Positions 15,772 to 23,574 of a stretch of 32,000 bases of DNA are shown here, piece after piece. The stretch's first letter is position 1; each line of letters starts with the position of its first letter. Source of the stretch: Archaeoglobus fulgidus DSM 4304. Its GTDB lineage: Archaea > Halobacteriota > Archaeoglobi > Archaeoglobales > Archaeoglobaceae. The position numbers were made by a program, and so were the translations under genes. The DNA is taken from contig NC_000917.1 in assembly GCF_000008665.1 (NCBI RefSeq), positions 1,050,001-1,082,000 of the forward strand, read 5' to 3'. The notes beneath the pieces are model-generated. The model was not told the DNA's origin, made no database searches, and saw nothing but the letters and a program-made list of their open reading frames with translations.

Positions 15772-17211
15772 TCAGGAAAAGAAGGAATCGAGAGTTAAAT
15801 TTTTTCCGGCTTTCTTTCTCGCTCTTGGCTCCTCTCTCTCTTCTTCAGGTTTCTCCTCAGCAACTTCCTCAACACTCTCCTCCTTCTCTTCCTTTTCAGC
15901 TTTCACAAAGCTTTCAAGGAAGGTCTCGTCCTCAATTCTGTGCATTCCGTGCTTCTCAACGTATTTCCAGATTTCGTCCCCCTTCTCCCCAACAAGGAAT
16001 TCCAGTTCCTCCTTTGTGAACTCGTAGAAGGCCGCGATGGTTGCAGCTTTGTCCACATCAAGCTCCTTTAAGAGCAGCTTTATCACGGGGAACATTTCGG
16101 TGCGGGCTTTTCTCATAGAGAGGTGGCTGTACTTCCCAATCTTTTCGAGTATTTTTCTCGTCATTTCCCTTTTCTGCCTGAGCTGGAAGAGCATCTGCCA
16201 GACGGCCGGCCTTCTGTACCTAGTGAAGCCTTTCTTGGGTTCCTCCTTCATTTGCTGAACGCCGACGGTCATGAGATAGCTTGCGTACTTCCACAGCCTG
16301 TAGAACTGCCTTCTCCTAACTCTACCGAGAAAAATATCTGCTCTTGAAAGCGCCTCGTAAGCGTTGACCAGCTCAACGCCAGAGTACTCCAGGGGCAGGT
16401 TCTCGTCAACCCAGTGGATGACGTCTTCCGGAGACTCGTCAAGAAGCATGGCCTCATTGTAAACAGCCGGATTTTTTGTTTTGAAAATCATTTGCATTAC
16501 TCTGAAAATGTCTTTTTCCTGCGTTCTCTTCGTTAAGAAGACATCTTCCGGTTTCAGCTCCTCTTTCCCCTCTGCGAGGGCTTGAAAATCGTTAATTGCA
16601 GCTCTTAAATCTCCTCCGGCGTTCTCAGCTATTTTTAGAAGAACGCTTTTATCTACCTTAATTCCCTCCTTCAAAGCAATTCTCTCAAGAACTCTGGCAA
16701 CCTGCTGTTTTGTTAGCCTTTTGAAGTTAATCATCTCGCAAAGATTCCTCAGCTCAGGGGAGAGCTTGTAAGGGTCGTTGGCAATCAGAATTAAGGGTTG
16801 TGCGGGCTTCCTTTTAATGAGCCTTATTAGTGCAGCCTCTCCCCCAACATCCTCCTTCTTGTGAATGTTGTCAACCTCGTCAAGAATAATTAGCTTCAGC
16901 TTCCCGATTCTTGATGAAAGAAACTCCCCCTCGTCGCTTATTGTCTCGTTAAACGCTCCTTCTCCAACAATTCTTTCTATAACCCTCCAGCTCCTCTGGT
17001 CACTGGCGTTAAGCTCAACAGCCTCCCAGCCCATTGTGTTGGCAAGGGCCAGAGCGAGGGACGTTTTTCCCACGCCGGGAGGACCGGCGAGAAGAAGGGG
17101 CTTACTTCCTCTCTTCCAGCTTTTAGCCCATTTAATGACCCTGGTGATTATGCTCTTGTCTGCAACGACTTCTTCAAGAGTTTTCGGTCGATACTTCTCA
17201 ACCCACAGCAT
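15772..17211 (-). CDS. rfcL: Replication factor C large subunit
   Basis: MLWVEKYRPKTLEEV is present, with Walker A GPPGVGKTS and Walker B LIILDEVD. The tail is an acidic, Lys-rich C-terminal region. Confidence 0.92.
   Translation of the reverse strand: MLWVEKYRPKTLEEVVADKSIITRVIKWAKSWKRGSKPLLLAGPPGVGKTSLALALANTMGWEAVELNASDQRSWRVIERIVGEGAFNETISDEGEFLSSRIGKLKLIILDEVDNIHKKEDVGGEAALIRLIKRKPAQPLILIANDPYKLSPELRNLCEMINFKRLTKQQVARVLERIALKEGIKVDKSVLLKIAENAGGDLRAAINDFQALAEGKEELKPEDVFLTKRTQEKDIFRVMQMIFKTKNPAVYNEAMLLDESPEDVIHWVDENLPLEYSGVELVNAYEALSRADIFLGRVRRRQFYRLWKYASYLMTVGVQQMKEEPKKGFTRYRRPAVWQMLFQLRQKREMTRKILEKIGKYSHLSMRKARTEMFPVIKLLLKELDVDKAATIAAFYEFTKEELEFLVGEKGDEIWKYVEKHGMHRIEDETFLESFVKAEKEEKEESVEEVAEEKPEEEREEPRARKKAGKNLTLDSFFS
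15778..15801 (-). other. C-terminal PIP-box-like PCNA interaction motif NLTLDSFF in RFC-L
   Basis: The penultimate eight residues fit (Q/N)xxLxxFF. Confidence 0.6.
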
Positions 17212-17238
17212 TCAAATCCAGTCGTCCAAAGGAGTATA

Positions 17239-18285
17239 TCACTTTATCTCAGAGAATGCCGGAATGATTCTCTCCGCATACACCTTCAGGACGTACTTGG
17301 GGTCGGGGCCGACGTTTATGAGCATGAAGTGCTTCACACCCGCCTTCACGAACTCCTCAATCTTTTCCTCGCAGTCCTCAGGAGTTCCAACGATGAAGAA
17401 GTCCCTTATCATCTCCTCGGTGACAAGGGATGAAAGCTTTACGAACTCCATAAGCATTTTGTCATCAAGAAGAAGTTGCTCGAAGTAGAATTTTTTTGAT
17501 ATGCCTTCCGGCATTTCGAGGCTGTATCCCGCCTGCTCCGCCTTTTCTGCCGCAGAAACAATCACACCGCTGAACTGCCTCGCCCTCTCCATTGCCCTCT
17601 CAAAAGATGTATCAACTGCGGTGTATATCTGCAACGCCGTGTCGATTTCATCAAGATTTCTTCCAGCCTTACTGCATCCGCGCTCAACGTCTTTTAGGTT
17701 CTCCCTGTACGTCTTCGGCGTTTCTGCAATGGGCATCCATCCGTCGCATATCTCTCCAGCGAGCTCTCTCGTTTTGACTCCATTTGCTCCGAGATAAATG
17801 GGAATCTTCTGTAGCGGCTTTATTTGAAGGAAGGCATCATCCAGCCTGAACCTTTTTCCCTCGTAGCTGAATCTATCTCCTGCCCACAGCCTCTTTATGA
17901 TCTCTATGCCCTCTCTCAGCGTCGTGTAGGGCTTTTTCCACTCTATGCCGAAGGGCTTTATGTTCATCGCCTCTCCTGCACCGAGCCCAAGGAAAGCCCT
18001 CCCATACGAGAGGTGGTCTATGGTGGCCATAATCTGAGCCAGAACGGAGGGATGGTAGCGAACAACATCGGTCACGCCCGTTCCCAGCATAGCCTTTGAA
18101 GTTTTGACTGCTAAAGCGGACAGCAGGGAAAGGGCGTTTGGCGTAAAGCCTGGGGGAACCATAAGAGTGTGGTCCGGCACCGTTAAAGAGAACATCCCGC
18201 TGTCCTCAGCCTGCTGGGCAATCTTAATAACCTTTTCAAGCGCGGGCATCGGAGGTGAGAGGAGCATGCCGAATCTGACGCTCAT
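17239..18285 (-). CDS. Luciferase-like (LLM) F420-dependent oxidoreductase, Mer-related
   Basis: The protein has the length of a TIM-barrel LLM family member, with Mer-like segments (FGMLLSP..., LGLGAGEAMN, GANGVKTRELAGEICDGW). The ATG at 18285 is preferred over the TTG at 18291. Confidence 0.8.
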   Translation of the reverse strand: MSVRFGMLLSPPMPALEKVIKIAQQAEDSGMFSLTVPDHTLMVPPGFTPNALSLLSALAVKTSKAMLGTGVTDVVRYHPSVLAQIMATIDHLSYGRAFLGLGAGEAMNIKPFGIEWKKPYTTLREGIEIIKRLWAGDRFSYEGKRFRLDDAFLQIKPLQKIPIYLGANGVKTRELAGEICDGWMPIAETPKTYRENLKDVERGCSKAGRNLDEIDTALQIYTAVDTSFERAMERARQFSGVIVSAAEKAEQAGYSLEMPEGISKKFYFEQLLLDDKMLMEFVKLSSLVTEEMIRDFFIVGTPEDCEEKIEEFVKAGVKHFMLINVGPDPKYVLKVYAERIIPAFSEIK

Positions 18286-18330
18286 AGCCAACAGGGAGAT
18301 TTCTCATTACTTATACTTTAACTATCTGTT

Positions 18331-18350
18331 GGAAAAAATAAAAATTAAAA
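18331..18350 (-). terminator. Oligo-T tract directly after the thiolase stop
   Basis: The minus strand reads TTTTAATTTTTATTTTTTCC. A TATA-like TTAAAGTATAA follows (about 18311..18322) for the LLM gene. Confidence 0.4.
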
Positions 18351-19625
18351 TCAGACTCTCTCAACAACCATCGCCATTCCCTGCCCACCGCCGATGCAGA
18401 GAGAGGCCAGACCGTAGTCCACCCCTCTCCTCTCCATCTCGTAGATGAGCGTTGTTGTTATCCTCGCCCCTGTGCAGCCAATTGGGTGGCCGAGGGATAT
18501 ACCGCTGCCGTTGACGTTGACCTTTTCCATGTCCAGTCCAAGCTCCTTTATGCAGGCTAACGCCTGAGCTGCAAAGGCTTCATTGAGCTCAATCAGCCCT
18601 ATGTCCTTGATTTCAGGCCCAGCTTTCTTCAGAACCTTTCTTATGGCTGGTATAGGCCCAAGGCCCATGTATGCAGGGTCGATGCCCGCTGAAGCAACAG
18701 CAAGTATTCTGACTTTCGGCTCCAGCCCGTAGTCCTTCGCTGCCTTCTCGTCCATAACCAGAACGGCAGCGGCTCCATCATTAACCCCACTCGCATTTCC
18801 TGCAGTGACAGTTCCATCCTTCTTGAAGACAGGGGGTAGCTTCGCGAGCTTCTCAAGGCTCGTGTCCCTTCTTGGATGCTCGTCGGTGTCCACCACAACT
18901 GCTCCCTTCTTCTGCTTAACCTCCACCGGGACTATCTCCTGAGCGAACTTGCCCTCGTCAATGGCCCTTACAGCCCTCATGTGGCTCTCGTATGCAAGCT
19001 GGTCCTGCTCCTCTCTGCTTATGCCGTACCTCTCCACTATGTTTTCGGCTGTCATCCCCATGTGGTAGCCGTAGAACTTCTCCCAGAGGCCGTCGTAAAC
19101 CATGAGGTCCAGAATCTCGTCCTTGGCTGTGACGCTCATCCTGTATCCCCACCTCGCCTTTGGCAGGGCGTAGGGGGCGTTGCTCATGCTCTCCATCCCT
19201 CCTGCGATGATTGCCTTAGCGTCTCCAGCCTTTACGGCGTGGTAGGCGAGGGCGATGGCCTTCAAGCCGCTCCCGCAAACCTTGTTGACAGTGTAAGCGG
19301 GAATCTCCTTTGGTATTCCCGCAAGAATTGACGCCTGCCTCGCTGGATTCTGTCCCTGAGCTGCCTGCAAAACGTTTCCCATAATGACTTCGTCAATCTC
19401 CACCTCAACCCCATCGTAGTCGTAGGCCGACTCCAGATCAATTCTGCCCTTCTCCAGCTTCTCCGGGTAGAACTCAATGGATTCGGGAGTGGGCTTTGGT
19501 GCAACGCCCAGCTTTTTCAGCATTCCCTTAATCGCAACAGCCCCAAGCTCGTATGCAGCTACATCCTTCAAGCTGCCTCCAAATCTACCCACGGGGGTTC
19601 TTGCCGCTCCTACAATAACTGCCAT
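18351..19625 (-). CDS. Acetyl-CoA C-acetyltransferase (thiolase II type)
   Basis: [28 protein letters not shown] and CIGGGQG are present. GGAGGTG lies 5 nt upstream of the ATG. Confidence 0.92.
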   Translation of the reverse strand: MAVIVGAARTPVGRFGGSLKDVAAYELGAVAIKGMLKKLGVAPKPTPESIEFYPEKLEKGRIDLESAYDYDGVEVEIDEVIMGNVLQAAQGQNPARQASILAGIPKEIPAYTVNKVCGSGLKAIALAYHAVKAGDAKAIIAGGMESMSNAPYALPKARWGYRMSVTAKDEILDLMVYDGLWEKFYGYHMGMTAENIVERYGISREEQDQLAYESHMRAVRAIDEGKFAQEIVPVEVKQKKGAVVVDTDEHPRRDTSLEKLAKLPPVFKKDGTVTAGNASGVNDGAAAVLVMDEKAAKDYGLEPKVRILAVASAGIDPAYMGLGPIPAIRKVLKKAGPEIKDIGLIELNEAFAAQALACIKELGLDMEKVNVNGSGISLGHPIGCTGARITTTLIYEMERRGVDYGLASLCIGGGQGMAMVVERV

Positions 19626-19637
19626 AATACACCTCCT

Positions 19638-20415
19638 TCACTTTTTTCTTATTAAAATACCATCCGGGTCCAATTCTTTAAGTGTGTCGATTTCCTCTCT
19701 TGTTGGTGGTTCGGTGTACTCGACTTCCTCCGGGATGATAATTTCAAAAGAGCTGTTATTCAACACGTCCTCAACGTTACGTCCTTCATGAAGCGCTAAG
19801 AGCTTCATTCTCTTCGTTTGCTCATCAAAACCGTAAACACCAATCTGCGTTATCACCCTGTAGGGGCCAGTGCCTTCCGGAAGTCCAGAACTTTCTCTGC
19901 TACCGTCGAGGTATCCGGGAGTTGTAAGAAAGTCAAGCTTTTCCACGAACCTGAGCTTATCCTGTCTCATCAGAACAATGTTTCTCCAGGAAAGCGAGGC
20001 GACATCGTTTGCTCCACCACTTCCGGGAAGCCTAACCTTCGGTTTTTCCCAGTCCCCTATGACTGTTGTGTTGATGTTGCCATAGGGGTCAATCTGTGCT
20101 GCCCCAAGGGAATCCGTAATCCACGTACCCCATCTGTGCCAAGGACATGACGTAATCCATGCTCGATGCCATAACCGCTTTGTAAAATGTCGCACTCTCT
20201 CCAACAGAAATGGGAATTCTCGGCAGTTTTGGTGCGATTCCTCCTGCCTCAAACACCAGTACAAGGTTTGGTGCGTAAAGTCTCTGAGCAAGACACGCAG
20301 CCAGAACAGGCATTCCTGTCCCCACAAACACACTTTTTCGGTCTTCGAGAATTCTTGCGGCGACACAAACCATGTACTCGGTATCAGAATACTCCACCAA
20401 GATTATCACCTCCAC
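19638..20415 (-). pseudogene. Family I CoA-transferase subunit B (glutaconate/3-oxoacid type), frame broken by an apparent 1-nt insertion at about 20105-20112
   Basis: ORF 20089..20415 encodes the N-terminal half, including the catalytic-Glu region LVFEAGG, and ends ...MGYVDYGFPWGSTD*. The conserved continuation LGAAQIDPYGNINTTVIG...PGSGGANDVA lies in another frame (ORF 19638..20366). The minus strand reads GGATTCCCTTGGGG, and removing one C restores YGFLGAAQID. Confidence 0.75.
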
Positions 20416-21422
20416 GGGTAAACAGGGCGCTCCCTGAGCTGCTCAATCCTTCTGAGTTTTTCGAGCCTCTTAGAACCACCGACAACTTCGAGGTACTCCC
20501 AGAAATCGTTGACTCCATAAACGTACTTTTCAAAGTACTCCTTGGCTCCCTCCTCCGTTCTCGTCAATGCAAGATACTCGGCAATGTGCTCCTCGTCAAA
20601 GTAGTAGAGCAAAGGCATATTACAGGGATGGGACGCAAAGGGCTGCTCTACAACGGCATCCACAAGGAAGTAGGGGATGGAGGTTCTCCACGGACTCTCC
20701 CTGATTTTGTCCGTCGGGACTATCTCCTCGGTTGTGACTATCAGCCTCTTCGCTGCCCTCGCAAGCTCGTAGTCTTCAACAAGGATTCCATCAATCTGAG
20801 CATTTCCGTATTTGTCGGCACGGTGAACGTGTATTATGGCCACATCGGGGAAGCAGGCCGGAATCAAGGTGACGGGCTTTCCGCTGTATGGGTCTCTGAT
20901 GATTTTGGCAGAACTCTTTTTGAACGTGTCCGTTCCCATCAAAATCCTTGCTGGAATGAAGGGAAGACCCATTGCCGCTGCTTTGAACCTCCATTGCAAA
21001 GCTGCGTTGCTCCACTCGGTGATAACCTTTACCTCCCCACCCTCAACCTTCCTTCTCGAAGCGGGCGACAGCCCCCTCAGCTCGTGGCCAAAGCTGTATG
21101 CAGCCTCAACCTTTTCAACGCAGCCGGCAGCCATCAGCACATCGAGGTCGTGCACCGAGGTCTTTCCCGCCATCGTAAGTCCCTTTACTCCCTGCCTGAT
21201 GATTTCATAAATGATGTTCATGGAAACCCTTACATGCCCGAATCCCCCGCTGGCGACGTACATGCCATCTTTGATGAAGTTCGAAACCGCCTCTTCTGCG
21301 GACATCGTCTTGTCAGCCATCTCTCTGCTCTTGTTGTCCCTCACCCACTCCCGGAACTCGTCAGGGTCACACCAGCCAACGAGGGGGCCTTCGCCTTCAT
21401 CCATAATTTCCAGAGGTTCCAT
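20406..21422 (-). CDS. Family I CoA-transferase subunit A (glutaconate/3-oxoacid CoA-transferase-like)
   Basis: The gene begins MEPLEIMDEGEG... after GGAGGTG, and SGGFG is present. The 109-aa N-terminal extension in the ORF track overlaps the cyclase gene and is Arg/Gly-rich nonsense. Confidence 0.8.
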   Translation of the reverse strand: MEPLEIMDEGEGPLVGWCDPDEFREWVRDNKSREMADKTMSAEEAVSNFIKDGMYVASGGFGHVRVSMNIIYEIIRQGVKGLTMAGKTSVHDLDVLMAAGCVEKVEAAYSFGHELRGLSPASRRKVEGGEVKVITEWSNAALQWRFKAAAMGLPFIPARILMGTDTFKKSSAKIIRDPYSGKPVTLIPACFPDVAIIHVHRADKYGNAQIDGILVEDYELARAAKRLIVTTEEIVPTDKIRESPWRTSIPYFLVDAVVEQPFASHPCNMPLLYYFDEEHIAEYLALTRTEEGAKEYFEKYVYGVNDFWEYLEVVGGSKRLEKLRRIEQLRERPVYPWR

Positions 21423-21472
21423 CTCTGCACCTCCTGTGTGAAAAATCAGAAACGGGAAAAATTGAAAAGAGG

Positions 21473-22345
21473 TTACCTCTTTTCGACAAGGGCGACGAGT
21501 CTGACTATTGAGCCATCTCCCTTGACCCACCTTATCGGCAGGCCGATTATCGTGCACCTCTGCCCTGTGACCTTGTCGATGTCCCCTCCTACATTCTCCC
21601 ATCCCATTATTCCGTGTGTAAGGAGCAGCCTGTGGCACGGCTCCCAGTAAGGGAAGTCCTCGCTGACATCTCTGCCCGTCAGCTGCTTGTACTCCTCCTT
21701 CAGCCACGGTAGAATTGAGTTTCTCTCGTCTGCACCGGGGTGGTGCCATGCTTCTCTCGTTGCAAGGGGGTGGTCGAGAGCCTGAGTGTCAATTCCCACG
21801 GCCTTAACCTTCTTTTTAACGAACCACTCACCTGCCTCCTTGTAAAATCCGGGCGCGTAGCAGAAGTACTTGACGCTGTCGCTCCAGTACCTGTGCCAGC
21901 CTGTGTTAACGATAACGATGTCTCCCTTCTCTATTGGAGGGTCGGCCTTCTCCAGATCCTCGGCGGTTATTACCTCCCACTTCTTTTTGGGAATCGAGAC
22001 CACAACACCCTCTCCCATGTACCTCTCTATCGGAACCTCGTCAATCGATGGAAATCCCTCCTCAACGTGTATCGGTGCGTCAGCATGCGTTGAAACGTGC
22101 ATGGTCGTCGTGATTATCTGGGAAAGAACTCTTGACTTGGCGTGGTAGTGGTAGCGGTCGATAATTACATCGTTGAAGTACGGCCACAGCGGCACACCGT
22201 AACCAAAGGGATTTGACAGGTCGTACACCTCAACTTCCTTTCCCAGAATCTTCAGCGCCGGCTTTTCCAGAATGTCCTCCGGATTCCCAATCAGCTCAGG
22301 GTCGAGCATTCCGTGAAGGTACGGAGAATCTGCTTCGTCCACCAT
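21473..22345 (-). CDS. Putative-cyclase family metal hydrolase (kynurenine formamidase / isatin hydrolase-type fold)
   Basis: HVSTHADAPIH fits the family signature HxxTHxDxPxH. GAGGTGAT lies 5 nt upstream of the ATG. Confidence 0.8.
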   Translation of the reverse strand: MVDEADSPYLHGMLDPELIGNPEDILEKPALKILGKEVEVYDLSNPFGYGVPLWPYFNDVIIDRYHYHAKSRVLSQIITTTMHVSTHADAPIHVEEGFPSIDEVPIERYMGEGVVVSIPKKKWEVITAEDLEKADPPIEKGDIVIVNTGWHRYWSDSVKYFCYAPGFYKEAGEWFVKKKVKAVGIDTQALDHPLATREAWHHPGADERNSILPWLKEEYKQLTGRDVSEDFPYWEPCHRLLLTHGIMGWENVGGDIDKVTGQRCTIIGLPIRWVKGDGSIVRLVALVEKR

Positions 22346-22386
22346 TCACCATCACCTCAAATGGACTTTCTGTAGAAACTTATTAA

Positions 22387-22402
22387 GAATTATCAATAAT
22401 TC
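22387..22402. promoter_or_regulatory. Perfect 16-bp palindrome GAATTATCAATAATTC in a divergent promoter region
   Basis: Read directly. It lies 42-57 nt upstream of the cyclase ATG (22345), where a TATA box would be expected. Confidence 0.4.
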
Positions 22403-22418
22403 TGTATAATTTTATGTG

Positions 22419-22432
22419 CAGCTATGTAGCTG
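22419..22432. promoter_or_regulatory. Perfect 14-bp palindrome CAGCTATGTAGCTG
   Basis: Read directly. It lies 17 nt from the first palindrome in the same intergenic region. Confidence 0.35.
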
Positions 22433-22502
22433 GAATTTGCGAGGTAGTGAGCAGCGCTTTCACCCAACCACTTCGTGCGTGGATTATTATTTAAGAATCG
22501 AA

Positions 22503-22510
22503 TTTAAAAA
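22503..22510 (+). promoter_or_regulatory. Candidate TATA box TTTAAAAA for the plus-strand hypothetical gene (leaderless)
   Basis: It is centred about 27 nt upstream of the ATG at 22533. Confidence 0.45.
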
Positions 22511-22532
22511 ACTTTTTGAACTTTGTAAAATA

Positions 22533-23102
22533 ATGAAAAATATGAAGACTAAGATGGTCAGGCTTGGCACATACGTTTCACAGGACGCATACAAACTCCT
22601 CAGAGAGCTGACAGAGCTTTACGGAAACCAGAGCAACGTCCTTGACCAGGCTATAAGGCTTCTCTACGACGTATCAAAGTATGGCTCAAAAGCTGACAGG
22701 ATTTTAATACGGGAGAAGCTAATTAACGAGTTCGAGAACATACTGATTTCCAAAAAGAATTTCATGCACCTTCTTGAAGGAAAAAAGGAGGGTCTGTTTG
22801 ACGAAGACGTTATAACAGCAGTAATACTGAGTTTTGTTGACGAGAGCATGGATTCCAAAAGCTTTTTCCCGAAGATGATGGATGCCCTAAAGAAGATTTA
22901 CGTCGAGGGGAACAGGTGGTTCACGAACATTGAGTACAAGGAGACTGAGAGCGGTTACAAGGTGACCTTCTACCACAACCTGAACAGCGAGTTCAGCGAC
23001 TTTGCATCCGAGTACTTCAGGAGATTTTTCAAAATAGGATATAAAATAGTTGAGGAGCAGAAGCTGAACAAGCTCTTCATCCTTCAGGTTTCCGAGTTTT
23101 AG
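22533..23102 (+). CDS. Hypothetical protein with a ribbon-helix-helix-like N-terminus; candidate cluster regulator
   Basis: MVRLGTYVSQDAYKLLRELTELYGNQSNVLDQAIRLLY has a strand-helix-helix pattern. The gene is AT-richer than its neighbours and is the only plus-strand gene in the cluster. The start could be 22533, 22542 or 22554; the track start at 22416 is unlikely. Confidence 0.45.
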   Translation: MKNMKTKMVRLGTYVSQDAYKLLRELTELYGNQSNVLDQAIRLLYDVSKYGSKADRILIREKLINEFENILISKKNFMHLLEGKKEGLFDEDVITAVILSFVDESMDSKSFFPKMMDALKKIYVEGNRWFTNIEYKETESGYKVTFYHNLNSEFSDFASEYFRRFFKIGYKIVEEQKLNKLFILQVSEF

Positions 23103-23574
23103 ATTTCTTCTTCAAATCCTCCACCGATTTGACCTGAAGACACTGAGCAACGCAGGCTGAAACGCAGGCGGGTTTTTTACCTTCCTCAATGCGCGGCATG
23201 CAGAGGTCGTAGATTCTGACTTTTCCATCATCGCCCAGCTGCGGCGCTCCGAATGGGCACACCTCCATGCAAATTTTGCAGCCTATGCACAAATCCAGGT
23301 CCAAGACCGTCATTCCATCCTCGCTTTTCCTCAGCGCACCAGTCGGGCACTCATCCACGCACGGGGCACTCAGGCAGTGCCTGCAAACGACGACTTTGAA
23401 GTGCTGCTGTACCTTCTCACCCGTAATCCTTGGTCCATCGTGGAAAACTCTGATTCTTCCGGGGTCGTCGAAGTTCTCGGAGCTGTGCTCGACCTTGCAT
23501 GCTATTACGCAGGCATAGCAGCCAATGCATTTCCTGCGGTCGTGAACGAAGGTCAGTTTTGACAATTCACTCAC
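23077..23574 (-). CDS. Four-cluster [4Fe-4S] ferredoxin-type subunit of a molybdopterin oxidoreductase (DmsB/PsrB-like)
   Basis: Four cluster motifs are present: CIGCYACVIAC, CRHCLSAPCVDECP, CIGCKICMEVCP and CMPR...CVSACVAQC. The GTG start at 23574 overlaps the stop of the catalytic subunit (GTGAGTGA). An alternative ATG lies at 23628. Confidence 0.85.
   Translation of the reverse strand: MSELSKLTFVHDRRKCIGCYACVIACKVEHSSENFDDPGRIRVFHDGPRITGEKVQQHFKVVVCRHCLSAPCVDECPTGALRKSEDGMTVLDLDLCIGCKICMEVCPFGAPQLGDDGKVRIYDLCMPRIEEGKKPACVSACVAQCLQVKSVEDLKKKSKTRKPEG

Noticed and set aside
20187-21650. 487-aa plus-strand ORF, the longest unassigned ORF in the track
   Set aside because: It lies entirely antisense to the well-supported CoA-transferase A/B genes. 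Its composition is Arg/Leu/Ser/Pro-rich with no recognisable motif. It is a typical shadow ORF of a G+C-biased coding strand.
21423-21749. N-terminal 109-aa extension of the CoA-transferase A ORF
   Set aside because: The extension overlaps the cyclase gene in another frame and is Arg/Gly-rich nonsense. A GGAGGTG-ATG start at 21422 begins the conserved sequence.
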